From assembly GCA_963843575.1 (NCBI GenBank), contig CAWJKZ010000013.1, positions 192,001-256,000 on the forward strand: a stretch of DNA of 64,000 nt, given 5' to 3'. Position 1 is the first letter of the stretch, and each line of letters starts with the position of its first letter. Origin of the DNA: an uncultured Acidobacteriota bacterium (lineage in GTDB: Bacteria > Acidobacteriota > UBA6911). The translations under genes were made by a program, and so were the position numbers. Below the pieces are notes generated by a model. It was given only the letters and a program-made list of their open reading frames with translations, was not told the DNA's origin and did no database searches. Of this stretch, positions 49,821 to 58,658 are shown piece after piece.

Positions 49821-51770
49821 ATGATCTCACCCGACACGCTCGACCAAGTCCTGGGCCCGGAAGGCAGCATCGCCCGCAATCACCCGAACTACGAGTATAG
49901 GCCCGGCCAGATCCGCATGGCCCGCGCCGTCGCCCAGGCCATGGGCCAGGGACGCCACCTTTGTGTCGAAGCCGGCACCGGCACGGGCAAGACCCTCGCC
50001 TATCTGCTCCCTGCCCTGTTCAGCAGCAAGCGGGTGATCGTTTCGACCGGGACGAGGAACCTCCAGGAGCAGATTTTTTTCAAGGACATTCCCTTCCTGG
50101 AAAACGCGCTCGGACGCAAGCTCTCCGTCTGCTACATGAAAGGGCGCAGCAATTACCTGTGCCTCAAGAAGCTGTCGGAGATGGAAGGGGCGCAGTACCT
50201 CTTTTCCCCACACGACCCTGATTACCTGGCCGCCATACGGGATTGGTCTCGTTCCACCCAGACAGGCGACCGTTCTGAGCTGACGGACCTTCCCGACGAC
50301 GTCGCGCTCTGGCATCACCTCGACGCGCGACGCGAAACGTGCAGCGGGCAGCTGTGCCCCGATTTCGCGCAGTGTTTCGTGACGAAAGTACGCCAGCGGG
50401 CCCTCCAGTCCGATCTTGTCATCGTCAACCACCACCTCTTCTTTGCGGACCTCTCGCTGCGCCAGGGGGACTTCGGCGCCGTGCTGCCGGACTACTCGGT
50501 CGTCATTTTCGACGAGGCGCACGAGCTCGAGGACGTCGCCACGCAATACTTCGGTGTCGGCGTGAGCAACTACCGGTTCGAGGAGTTTGCCCGCGACGCG
50601 GCCAAGATCCTCCGTGAAACCGAGTCACGCTCGGAGTTCCTCGAACAGCAGCTCGAAAGGCTTGCCGGCCGGTCGATCGAATTCTTCGGGAAGTTCAAGT
50701 CGCGCGAGGGGCGCTTCGCAATGCACGACCTGGGCTCCGGCCTCGACCTGCGCCGCGGACCGACACCCGACGACAGCGTCAGCGCCTCCTACCGCGAGCT
50801 GCTTGCCCAGCTTGCGACGATGGAGGCCGGGCTCGCCAACATACCGACCCGCAGCGATGCTCTCGACGCCCTTGTGCGCCGCGCCGGCGAGATTCGGCGG
50901 GACCTGAGTTTCGTGTTCGAATCGCCGTCGGGCCAAAACGTCTACTGGTACGAGCTGCGCGGCCGGGGCGTGTTCGCCTGGGCCTCCCCCATCCAGATCT
51001 CCTCGGTCCTGGCCGAACGCCTGTTCGCCAGGATCGAGTGCGCCATCCTGACGTCCGCCACCCTGGCGACGGGCGGCGACTTCCGGTTCATCCGCTCCAG
51101 GCTCGGCGTAGAACACGCCGACGAGCTGATCGTCGGTTCGGATTTCGATTTCGGACGGCAGGCAATCCTCTATGTCCCGCGCGACATCCCGGAGCCGCGC
51201 GAGGAAGGCTGGCTGCCCGCAGCGTGCCGCCAGCTCGAGAGAATACTCGCCGCGAGCCAGGGGCGGGCGTTTGTGCTCTTCACGAGCTACGCCCAGATGG
51301 AGCTCGTATACAACGCGCTGCGCGGCAGGCTCGGATACCCCGTGCTGCTGCAGGGAACCAGGAGCAGGTCCGGTCTCCTCGATACCTTTCGCACCACGCC
51401 GCACGCGGTCCTGTTCGGCACCAGCAGCTTCTGGCAAGGCGTCGACGTGCAGGGCGAAGCGCTGAGCTGCGTCGTCATCGACAAACTCCCGTTCTCTGTG
51501 CCGAGTGACCCGGTCGTCGCTGCCAGAATCCGGCACGTCAACGAGACAGGTGGCAACGCCTTCTACGAATACCAGATTCCCGAAGCGATCATCCTCCTCA
51601 AGCAGGGATTTGGGCGGCTCATCCGCAGCCGCAGCGATCGCGGCATCCTGGCCCTGCTCGATAAGAGGGTGCTAACGAAACGGTATGGCCGGACCTTCCT
51701 GGAAAGCCTCCCCCCAGCCCCGCTGACCCACGATCCGGAAGCGTTGAGCAACTTTTTCCGGAAACAATAA
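49821..51770 (+). CDS. ATP-dependent DNA helicase, DinG/YoaA family
   Basis: Q motif YRPGQ, EAGTGTGKT, KGRSNYLC, Fe-S cysteines, DEAH, TSATL, QGFGRLIR. Confidence 0.95.
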   Translation: MISPDTLDQVLGPEGSIARNHPNYEYRPGQIRMARAVAQAMGQGRHLCVEAGTGTGKTLAYLLPALFSSKRVIVSTGTRNLQEQIFFKDIPFLENALGRKLSVCYMKGRSNYLCLKKLSEMEGAQYLFSPHDPDYLAAIRDWSRSTQTGDRSELTDLPDDVALWHHLDARRETCSGQLCPDFAQCFVTKVRQRALQSDLVIVNHHLFFADLSLRQGDFGAVLPDYSVVIFDEAHELEDVATQYFGVGVSNYRFEEFARDAAKILRETESRSEFLEQQLERLAGRSIEFFGKFKSREGRFAMHDLGSGLDLRRGPTPDDSVSASYRELLAQLATMEAGLANIPTRSDALDALVRRAGEIRRDLSFVFESPSGQNVYWYELRGRGVFAWASPIQISSVLAERLFARIECAILTSATLATGGDFRFIRSRLGVEHADELIVGSDFDFGRQAILYVPRDIPEPREEGWLPAACRQLERILAASQGRAFVLFTSYAQMELVYNALRGRLGYPVLLQGTRSRSGLLDTFRTTPHAVLFGTSSFWQGVDVQGEALSCVVIDKLPFSVPSDPVVAARIRHVNETGGNAFYEYQIPEAIILLKQGFGRLIRSRSDRGILALLDKRVLTKRYGRTFLESLPPAPLTHDPEALSNFFRKQ

Positions 51771-51842
51771 TCGTATCCGGATAGAAACGGATGGAAAAAG
51801 TAACGTGGGGAGGCAGCCCGTGAAAAGACCGCAACCGCTTGG

Positions 51843-51872
51843 TTGACAGGTTGTCCAAGGCGGTCATACAAT
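51843..51872 (+). promoter_or_regulatory. sigma70 promoter
   Basis: TTGACA-N18-TACAAT upstream of AGGAGG and the ATG at 51930. Confidence 0.55.
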
Positions 51873-51929
51873 GGGGGCATGCAATTCTAAACCTAGACTT
51901 CTCATATGGATACTTTGCAAGGAGGACAC

Positions 51930-52928
51930 ATGCATAAGTTATTCATGCGGTTCAGTCTTGCCGTAGCCGCACTCGCGATGGTCGCGGTGCCGCTCATGGC
52001 GCAAAACCGCATCATCAAGGGTAAGGTAACCAACGACAAGGACGAGCCCGTGCAGGGCGCCAACATCCTTATCCAGGGGACGGATGTGAAGCGCGAATAC
52101 ACCGTCAAAACCGACAAAAAGGGCGAGTACTTCTACATGGGAATCCCCTTCGGTGAATACCGGGTGATCGCGCGTGCGCAAGGCTATCAGCCCGATTTCG
52201 CTCAGGGCGTGCGGCCGAACATATCGCAGGAAACCGACGTCAACTTCAAGCTGAATCCGGGGACGGACCGCAAACTGCCCTTCGAGATGTCGTCCCAGGA
52301 ACTCGAGAAGCTGAAAGAGGAGGCTGCCAAGGCCCAGAAGCAAAAGCAGGCCTCGGCCGAGGTCAAGGGCTTTTTCGAAGGCGGCCTCGCCCTTGCCTCG
52401 CAGGGCAAGTACGCGGAAGCCATCGCGGAGTACAACAAAGCCCTCGAGAAAGACGCCGAACAGCCGTACATTCACGCCAACCTGGCCGACGCCCTGTCGA
52501 AGATCGACAAGCTCCCCGAAGCTCTCGCGGAGTACCAGAAGGCGATCGCGATAAAGCCTGACGACGCCGCGATGTACACCAACATGGGCGTGCTGCTGGG
52601 CAAGATGGGCAAGACGGCCGAATCGCAGGAGGCCTTCAAGAAGGCAGCGTCGGTGAACCCCGCGGCCGCGGGCCAGAATTTCTATAACCTCGGCGCCACG
52701 CTGGTCAACAGCGGCCGCGCCGCCGAGGCTGCCGATGCGTTCAAGCAGGCGATTGCGGCCGACCCCAATTTTGCCGAGGCATACTACCAGCTGGGGCTGT
52801 GCCTCTCCGGTTCGCCGGCGAGCATGCCGGAGGCCGTCAAAGCACTGCAGAAGTACATCGAGATCGGGAAGAACGCCGAGCAGATCGAGGTGTCAAAACA
52901 GCTGCTGACGGTCTTGCAGAAGAAGTAG
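51930..52928 (+). CDS. Exported carboxypeptidase-regulatory-like domain + TPR protein
   Basis: Signal peptide, IKGKVTNDKDEPVQGA beta-sandwich, multiple TPRs. Confidence 0.88.
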   Translation: MHKLFMRFSLAVAALAMVAVPLMAQNRIIKGKVTNDKDEPVQGANILIQGTDVKREYTVKTDKKGEYFYMGIPFGEYRVIARAQGYQPDFAQGVRPNISQETDVNFKLNPGTDRKLPFEMSSQELEKLKEEAAKAQKQKQASAEVKGFFEGGLALASQGKYAEAIAEYNKALEKDAEQPYIHANLADALSKIDKLPEALAEYQKAIAIKPDDAAMYTNMGVLLGKMGKTAESQEAFKKAASVNPAAAGQNFYNLGATLVNSGRAAEAADAFKQAIAADPNFAEAYYQLGLCLSGSPASMPEAVKALQKYIEIGKNAEQIEVSKQLLTVLQKK

Positions 52929-52940
52929 GAAGGACTTGCC

Positions 52941-52986
52941 CCGGGCGCGGATCGCGGAGCAGCGGCGAACCGCGCCCGGCTTTTTT
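52941..52986 (+). terminator. Intrinsic terminator
   Basis: CCGGGCGCGG / CCGCGCCCGG arms followed by CTTTTTT. Confidence 0.65.
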
Positions 52987-53687
52987 CAGCGTGCGAAGAG
53001 GCGCTCGGCGCGGCGACACCCCACGTCCGCGAGGCTCTGCAGCGCGGAAAGCGCGGATTCGGCCACGACCGGGTTGCGGTCGCCCGTCAGCTCGTACATG
53101 CGCTCGAGGATCGAGTCCTCGATGTCGTTGGGCCTGTGCCAGAACGCCACGGATAGCTCGGAGAGAGACTGCGCCTGCAGTTCGCCTTCCTGATGCCCGG
53201 TCAGCTCAAACAGGGCCTCCAGGGAACGCGTGCCCCCCTGTTGGGCGATGGCGCCAAGCGACTCGATTATCCACTTTCGCATCCGCGCCATCTCGGCCGA
53301 CTGTTCCGGGGATTTGACCACCGGCAGGAAGAAGTCGACGGCGTCGTCGTCGCCGATCGCGCCGATAGCTTCGATGATGGCGATCTGAAATTCCTCGATC
53401 CCGAATCCCTTCACCGCGCGAGACTCCGCGAACGCCTTCTTCAGGGGTTCAAGAAACTCCTTGTCCCCCATGGCACCCATCGCGTAGGCCGCGAACTCTC
53501 TTTTTTTTGCGTCTTTGTCGAGCAGGAGTTTGGTCAGAGGACCGTGGAACCGACTGTCGCGGAGAACACCGATACGGGGGATTATCTCGAAGAGATCCTC
53601 GATGTCTCCGGACTCCATGATGTGGAGACATTCCTGAATCATCTCTTCTGAAAAGCGAGGGGTCTTCTTGGAAGCCGATTTGCTCAA
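52986..53687 (-). CDS. HEAT repeat protein
   Basis: Repeats such as REFAAYAMGAMGD and AIIEAIGAIGD. Confidence 0.8.
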   Translation of the reverse strand: MSKSASKKTPRFSEEMIQECLHIMESGDIEDLFEIIPRIGVLRDSRFHGPLTKLLLDKDAKKREFAAYAMGAMGDKEFLEPLKKAFAESRAVKGFGIEEFQIAIIEAIGAIGDDDAVDFFLPVVKSPEQSAEMARMRKWIIESLGAIAQQGGTRSLEALFELTGHQEGELQAQSLSELSVAFWHRPNDIEDSILERMYELTGDRNPVVAESALSALQSLADVGCRRAERLFAR

Positions 53688-53847
53688 ATCAACAACTCTC
53701 GCCTTGGCAAAGGGCCGAAAAGCCCCTCTGCGCCCAAAAACTCATTATATTCCCGGTTGTCCTGATTTCAATATGATTGATAGGAATCCTCTGCAGTTCA
53801 GACAGTGCGCAGGCGACTCAAAATCCCTCGGACGCGGACCAACGCTG

Positions 53848-54024
53848 GCAAAGCTCGACGGGGCACCCTGGATGCCGCGCGGCGGCCGGCGCAAAGCGCC
53901 GGGTGGTTCTCCGGGGTGGGCTGGCGGCAAGCGGAGCTCGGAGCGCGGGTCCGGCCTGGCACGAGAGCGTTTGCCGCCAGCCCACCCCGGAGAACCACAT
54001 CCAGAGCGCCCCGTCGAGCTTTGC
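53848..54024. repeat. 177-bp branched palindrome
   Basis: Outer arms 53848-53874/53998-54024 (25/27) and inner arms 53903-53933/53968-53998 (30/31). Confidence 0.8.
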
Positions 54025-54044
54025 ACACGGATCAAAGCAAACTT

Positions 54045-54086
54045 AGGGTTCGCGCAAGAATATTTTCACATTTTGGCGCGAGCACT
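54045..54086. mobile_element. Collapsed remnant of the 62653-62893 MITE (ends only)
   Basis: AGGGTTCGCGCAAGAATATTTTCACATTTTG joined directly to GCGCGAGCACT. Confidence 0.65.
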
Positions 54087-54178
54087 AAGCTAGAACGTAA
54101 ATCCGCGAGAATCCGCGTTCCAGGAAGTTTGCAGGATCCGCGCCTTGCAGCGGGGACGCAGGACGAGCATCAGGGCGG

Positions 54179-54460
54179 TCAGACGGCGCGGCTGCGGGGC
54201 TCTGCGAGAAACTTCTGCCTGCACTCGGCGGAGCAGAAATAGAAATGGCCGCCCCCCTGGCTTTGCACCTCGACTGCGAGCCTGGGGTCCATGTACATGC
54301 CACAGACCGGGTCCTTGACCATCTGATTGAGCGCAGCCGTTTTCCTGCCGCGGGGCGGTTGCTGCGACCGGCGCGGTTCCCCGACCAGCATGGCGAGGAA
54401 GCGCCGCAAGAACCATAGGGCCACGATGATGATCAGAAAGCGCAGGAAGAATCCAGTCAT
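54179..54460 (-). CDS. Small membrane-anchored YHS/TRASH domain protein
   Basis: N-terminal TM helix; KDPVCGM...FCSAECRQKF. Confidence 0.85.
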   Translation of the reverse strand: MTGFFLRFLIIIVALWFLRRFLAMLVGEPRRSQQPPRGRKTAALNQMVKDPVCGMYMDPRLAVEVQSQGGGHFYFCSAECRQKFLAEPRSRAV

Positions 54461-54472
54461 GACGCGGTCCGC

Positions 54473-55060
54473 CTACCTCATCCCAGACTTCAATTCGCTG
54501 ATCTTCCGCTCGAGGTCGGCCCGCTGCGGGAAGTTCGGGTTGTCACGCAGCAGTTCTTCCCAAGCGGCGATGGCGCCCGGGAAGTCCTTTTTCCCCAACT
54601 GAAGCACCACGCCCTTGTTGAACAGGGCTTGCGCAAATCCAGGGTGTTTTTTCAGGACGACGTCGAAGATTTCGAGCGCCTGGTCGTGCCGTCCCAGATA
54701 GTGGTAGCTGGTTCCGAGATCGGTCTGGACGGAGGGGTTGTCGGGCTGCAGCTCCAGGCTTCCCCTGTACGCTTCGGCGGCCTTTTCGTACTGCCCCATG
54801 TCGTAGTAGGCGTTCCCGATCTGGGTTTTGTAATCGGGATTCTCCGGGTTCCGGTGGCTGAGTTCCTCGAGCGCAGCGATGCGGGCCGGTCCGTCGATCG
54901 GAGGATGGTTCTCCGGCAGGCTGCCGCTCTCGAACGCCGACACGGGTCCTTCCAGGACCGGCGGCAGGTTGCGTTTCGCATACATCGCAAACAGGGCAAC
55001 TCCGCCGAGAAGAGCCGCAGCCGACCCGAAGATCAGGTTCATGCGCGAACGAATTGCCAT
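54473..55060 (-). CDS. Membrane-anchored TPR protein (LPxxHPP motif)
   Basis: TM helix, LPENHPPI, TPRs (IGNAYYDMGQY, TDLGTSY, LFNKG). Confidence 0.85.
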   Translation of the reverse strand: MAIRSRMNLIFGSAAALLGGVALFAMYAKRNLPPVLEGPVSAFESGSLPENHPPIDGPARIAALEELSHRNPENPDYKTQIGNAYYDMGQYEKAAEAYRGSLELQPDNPSVQTDLGTSYHYLGRHDQALEIFDVVLKKHPGFAQALFNKGVVLQLGKKDFPGAIAAWEELLRDNPNFPQRADLERKISELKSGMR

Positions 55061-55132
55061 AAGGAATGAATCTTACATGACGGCAGTCGCGGGATTCCAC
55101 CCCATTCCGGGGAGTGCAGGCAGTGACCGGGC

Positions 55133-55609
55133 CTACGGTCCAACCGATGCGGGCGGATTACCCTCGCTGGCTTTGCTGTCCAGGATCAGGGTTACGGGGC
55201 CGTCGTTCAGCAGGGAAACCTGCATCATCGCCTGGAATCGGCCGGACTGTACGCCGGGAACAAGGCGGCGGACGGTGTTCAGGAACTCGGCGTACAAACT
55301 TGCGGCCTGCGCAGGGGGGGCCGCGTCGGAGTAGGAGGGGCGCCGGCCCTTGCGGCAGTCTCCGTACAGGGTGAATTGCGACACGAGCAACAGTTCACCC
55401 CCGATGTCGAGCAGGCTCAAGTTCAATTTGCCGTCGGCGTCGTCGAAGATCCGAAGCTCGACGATTTTCCTCGCCATCCACTCGAGGTCACGCGGCGTGT
55501 CGTCGCGCGAAATCCCCACGAGGGCAAGGACCCCGGTCCCGATGCCGGCGACGCGCGTCCCACCGACCGAGACTTCGGCGCGGGAGACGCGCTGCAGCAC
55601 AGCTCTCAT
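55133..55609 (-). CDS. dtd: D-aminoacyl-tRNA deacylase
   Basis: MRAVLQRV, LRIFDD, VSQFTL, KGRRPS, NDGPVT. Confidence 0.96.
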   Translation of the reverse strand: MRAVLQRVSRAEVSVGGTRVAGIGTGVLALVGISRDDTPRDLEWMARKIVELRIFDDADGKLNLSLLDIGGELLLVSQFTLYGDCRKGRRPSYSDAAPPAQAASLYAEFLNTVRRLVPGVQSGRFQAMMQVSLLNDGPVTLILDSKASEGNPPASVGP

Positions 55610-55642
55610 GGCCCCTCCGATATTCCATCCCGGACCGGGCGT

Positions 55643-56413
55643 TCAACGGGTGGGGCCAGCGGAGGAGTCTGCGGAGAACTTCTCCCTGAATTGCGCGAGC
55701 GAACGGCGCACGCAGTCGGCGTCGCCCGGCTTTTTCTCCTTGTCGACCAGCGCGAGCGGCGACGACATGCCGAACACCGGGAAGAAGCCGCGTTTCGAGA
55801 TGATCTCGCGGTATTGCGGACCGGTCTCGTAGTCGACCGCTCCCGTCGGCATGATTATCCTGCCCTTGTGCCGTGTCGCGTACGAACGGGGCGAGCAGGT
55901 CGCCGAGCCCCTTGGGGCCGTGGGACCTGGCCGGGAAGACCTTGACAGCGTCGGGTTCCAGGCCGTCCTCGCGCTCGATGAAGTACTGCAGCTCGGTCGG
56001 GGTGAAAACCGCCGGGGCCGAAAAGACCCCGTGGTCGCGGCAGATGCGGACGAAATCCGACCCTGCGCCATAGCCGCCCATCACGTTGGCGGGGGCGACG
56101 ATCATGTCGAACCCCATGTCCAGTGCCGACCGCAGTTCCTTCGGGTTGATGACCGAACCGACCCCGAGGACGAACGGCCTGTCCGGGGCGGCGGCCGCCC
56201 GCGATGCGCCTGAGCTCGGACATGCCCTCCCGCAGTATGGCTTCGTCGATCCGGAAGGTGACCTCCGCCACCAGCCCGGCGGCGTAGACCTCCTGCATCG
56301 TGACGATCATGTCGTCGGGTTTCTTGATATGGTCCTTGTTCATGACTACAACGATGCCCGAACCGCGCAGCGCCTTGCTCCACCCGCGACCGGTCACGCT
56401 TGTACTCTGCCAA
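55643..56413 (-). CDS. KDPG/KHG aldolase-like protein (multiple frameshifts)
   Basis: GAGGAGG + TTG start; pieces in three frames: AEVTFR, LGVGSV, FTPTE, VKVFPA, MPTGAV. Confidence 0.7.
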
Positions 56414-56443
56414 GCCACACCTCCTCTTTCATGCGGATGCCGT

Positions 56444-57574
56444 TCAACGCAGGGCGACACCCCGCCGCCGGCGGCAGCCCGCTTGACTTCCTTTTCCACG
56501 TCCTTCTGGGTCACCATCGTCGTGTCGCCCGGCGTCTCCTGCACCAGGATGCCGTGCGCCGCCCCCCACTGGACGGCGGTGTTGACGTCGTGTCCCCGCA
56601 GCAGCGCGGCGGCGACCCCGGAAACGAACGAGTCTCCCCCTCCGGTCCTGTCCGCGATCTCGATGTTTTCGCGCGCGGGCGCCGTGAACAGGGCGTCGGC
56701 GCCGCGTGTCGTAGAGCACGGCCCCCCAGTGGATGCGGTCGGCCGTCAGCGCCCCCCTCAGCTGGGTGCCGATCAGCTTCAGGTTCGGGTAGTCGGAGGC
56801 GACGCGCCGCAGCAGCCGGGCATAGGTGTCGAGCCAGATCTCGAACGGCGCATCCTTGGGGACCTTGTCGCTGACGTACCCGAGCGAATCGTCGAAGTCG
56901 CTCTGGTTGCCGACCAGGAAATCGACGTGCGGGATCATCGCCCGGTTGATCTCCCGGGCGCGCTCCTTGTTCGGCTCTACCTTCGAGCGGTAGTTCAGGT
57001 CGTACGACCGGAAGGTGCCGTGTCTGCCCGCGGCCTGAACCGCCTCGAGCGCCAGCCGGCTGCTCGTCGGGGAGATCAGGTTGTAGATCCCGCCCGTGTG
57101 GAACCAGCGCACGCCGACCCCGAAAAGCTCGTCCCAGTCCACGTCCCCGGGGGCGAGTTCGCGGATCGGTGTGTGAGCCCGATAGTACTCCGTCACCGAG
57201 GGGAGGAGCCCTTTGCCCGCCCAGGTGAAGTTGATGCCGTTGTGCAGCGTCCCCTTCTGATCGGTGGCGAACCGCCCTTTCCCGTTAGTGTCGAACCAGA
57301 TGATGCGGGAAACGTCGACCCCGGCCTCGCGCAGCTGATTCTCGATGTTCCGCCCGATGCCGTCGTCGACCAGGGCGGTTACGACCGCAGTCCTCAAGCC
57401 GAAACAGGCGGCTAACCCTTCGGCCACGTTCGTTTCGCCGCCGCCGTGCCAGATCCGGGCGTTGCGCGCCCGGGGCGTGGGAACGTCACCGGGATCTATC
57501 CGCAGCATTACTTCCCCTAACGCGACCCCGTCGTAGCGTGCTGCTTCGGCGGGCTTGAGACCCTGTAGCGCCAT
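56444..57574 (-). CDS. kdgK: 2-keto-3-deoxygluconate kinase-like PfkB sugar kinase (frameshift near 56700)
   Basis: LGEVMLR, GGGETNVA, WFHTGGI, SYDLNYR; DRTGGGDSF and TPGDTTM occur in a shifted frame. Confidence 0.85.
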   Translation of the reverse strand: MALQGLKPAEAARYDGVALGEVMLRIDPGDVPTPRARNARIWHGGGETNVAEGLAACFGLRTAVVTALVDDGIGRNIENQLREAGVDVSRIIWFDTNGKGRFATDQKGTLHNGINFTWAGKGLLPSVTEYYRAHTPIRELAPGDVDWDELFGVGVRWFHTGGIYNLISPTSSRLALEAVQAAGRHGTFRSYDLNYRSKVEPNKERAREINRAMIPHVDFLVGNQSDFDDSLGYVSDKVPKDAPFEIWLDTYARLLRRVASDYPNLKLIGTQLRGALTADRIHWGAVLYDTRRRRPVHGARARKHRDRGQDRRGRLVRFRGRRRAAAGTRRQHRRPVGGGARHPGAGDAGRHDDGDPEGRGKGSQAGCRRRRGVALR

Positions 57575-57650
57575 GGCTGCCTCCGTAGGAGTCCCAATTC
57601 TGTTGCGGATGCCCCGGAGACGTCAACAGAAACCAAAGCGCCCCGCAAAA

Positions 57651-57785
57651 CAAGTGGGTCCGGGCTTCAGCCCGGACGTCTTTTGATCTGATCTGGCGAC
57701 GGGTGCACGTTATAGCGACCGCAAACTGCGTCCCTGCTGAAGCCCGGACCCACTTGTATCTTGTTTGGCTCGGGCAGATCAACCG
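57651..57785. repeat. REP/REPIN-like cluster, copy 4
   Basis: REP units at 57654-57677 and 57730-57753; tail TTGTATCTTGTTTGG.TCGGGCAGATCAACCG shared with copy 2. Confidence 0.85.
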
Positions 57786-57794
57786 CGCTGCGCG

Positions 57795-57824
57795 TTGACA
57801 GGCCGGCGCGGGACAAGGTATATT
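57795..57824 (+). promoter_or_regulatory. sigma70 promoter
   Basis: TTGACA-N18-TATATT. Confidence 0.5.
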
Positions 57825-57944
57825 CTCCGGTCTAACCATGGCTGAGAACTCATCGAACCGGAACGCTATCCCACGCCGATCGCCCGGGCGGCACTGCAGC
57901 GTCCTGCCTCCCTCCAGCCGGAAGATGCGGGGGGGGGCAGCCAG

Positions 57945-58655
57945 GTGAATCCCGATCTTCGAAACCTGATCGCCCTGCAGGACACCGAACAGAAGATCGC
58001 CGGATTACAGAAAGAAATCTCCGAAATTCCCAGCCGGGTGCAAGCCCTCGACGCGGAACTCCAGCAGCTCAACCACGCGCACGAGGTGCGCTTGGCGCGC
58101 GGTGTCGAGCTGGGTAAGCGGCGCCGCGAGCTCGAGGGAGATGTGGACCTCCTGCGCACCAGGCTTGCGAAGCTCAAAGACCAGCTCATGTCGGTGAAGA
58201 CCAACCGGGAATACACCGCGATGCTGCACGAAATCCAGGCGGCCGAATCCCAGATCCGCTCCGAGGAGGACAAGGTCCTGGACATCATGGAGGAAATGGA
58301 GTCGATGGAGGGCCACCTCAAGGGGGCCGAGCAGGACCTGAAACTCCACACCGTGCAGATCCAGGAACAGATCAGGAAATGCCAGGCGTCGATCCCCGGG
58401 CTTGCAGCCGAGCTGAGCCGCCTGCAATCCGAGAAGGCGTCGGCCGAGGCCGTCATCGAGACCGAACTGCTCTCGCGCTATCGCCGCATCGCCGAAGCGC
58501 GGCGCGGGATCGCGCTGGCGGAGGCAAAGGACGAACTCTGCTCCGCCTGCCACGTCCGCATCCGGCCCCAGGTTTACGCTGAGTTGTTCCGGAACGAAGT
58601 CCTTTACGCCTGCGACAGTTGTTCACGAATCCTCTTCCTCCGCGATGCCCTGTAG
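57945..58655 (+). CDS. Coiled-coil + C4 zinc-ribbon protein (DUF164/CT398-like)
   Basis: LIALQDTE, long coiled coil, VKTNREY, CSACHVRIRPQ...CDSCSRIL. Confidence 0.92.
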   Translation: MNPDLRNLIALQDTEQKIAGLQKEISEIPSRVQALDAELQQLNHAHEVRLARGVELGKRRRELEGDVDLLRTRLAKLKDQLMSVKTNREYTAMLHEIQAAESQIRSEEDKVLDIMEEMESMEGHLKGAEQDLKLHTVQIQEQIRKCQASIPGLAAELSRLQSEKASAEAVIETELLSRYRRIAEARRGIALAEAKDELCSACHVRIRPQVYAELFRNEVLYACDSCSRILFLRDAL

Positions 58656-58658
58656 CCC

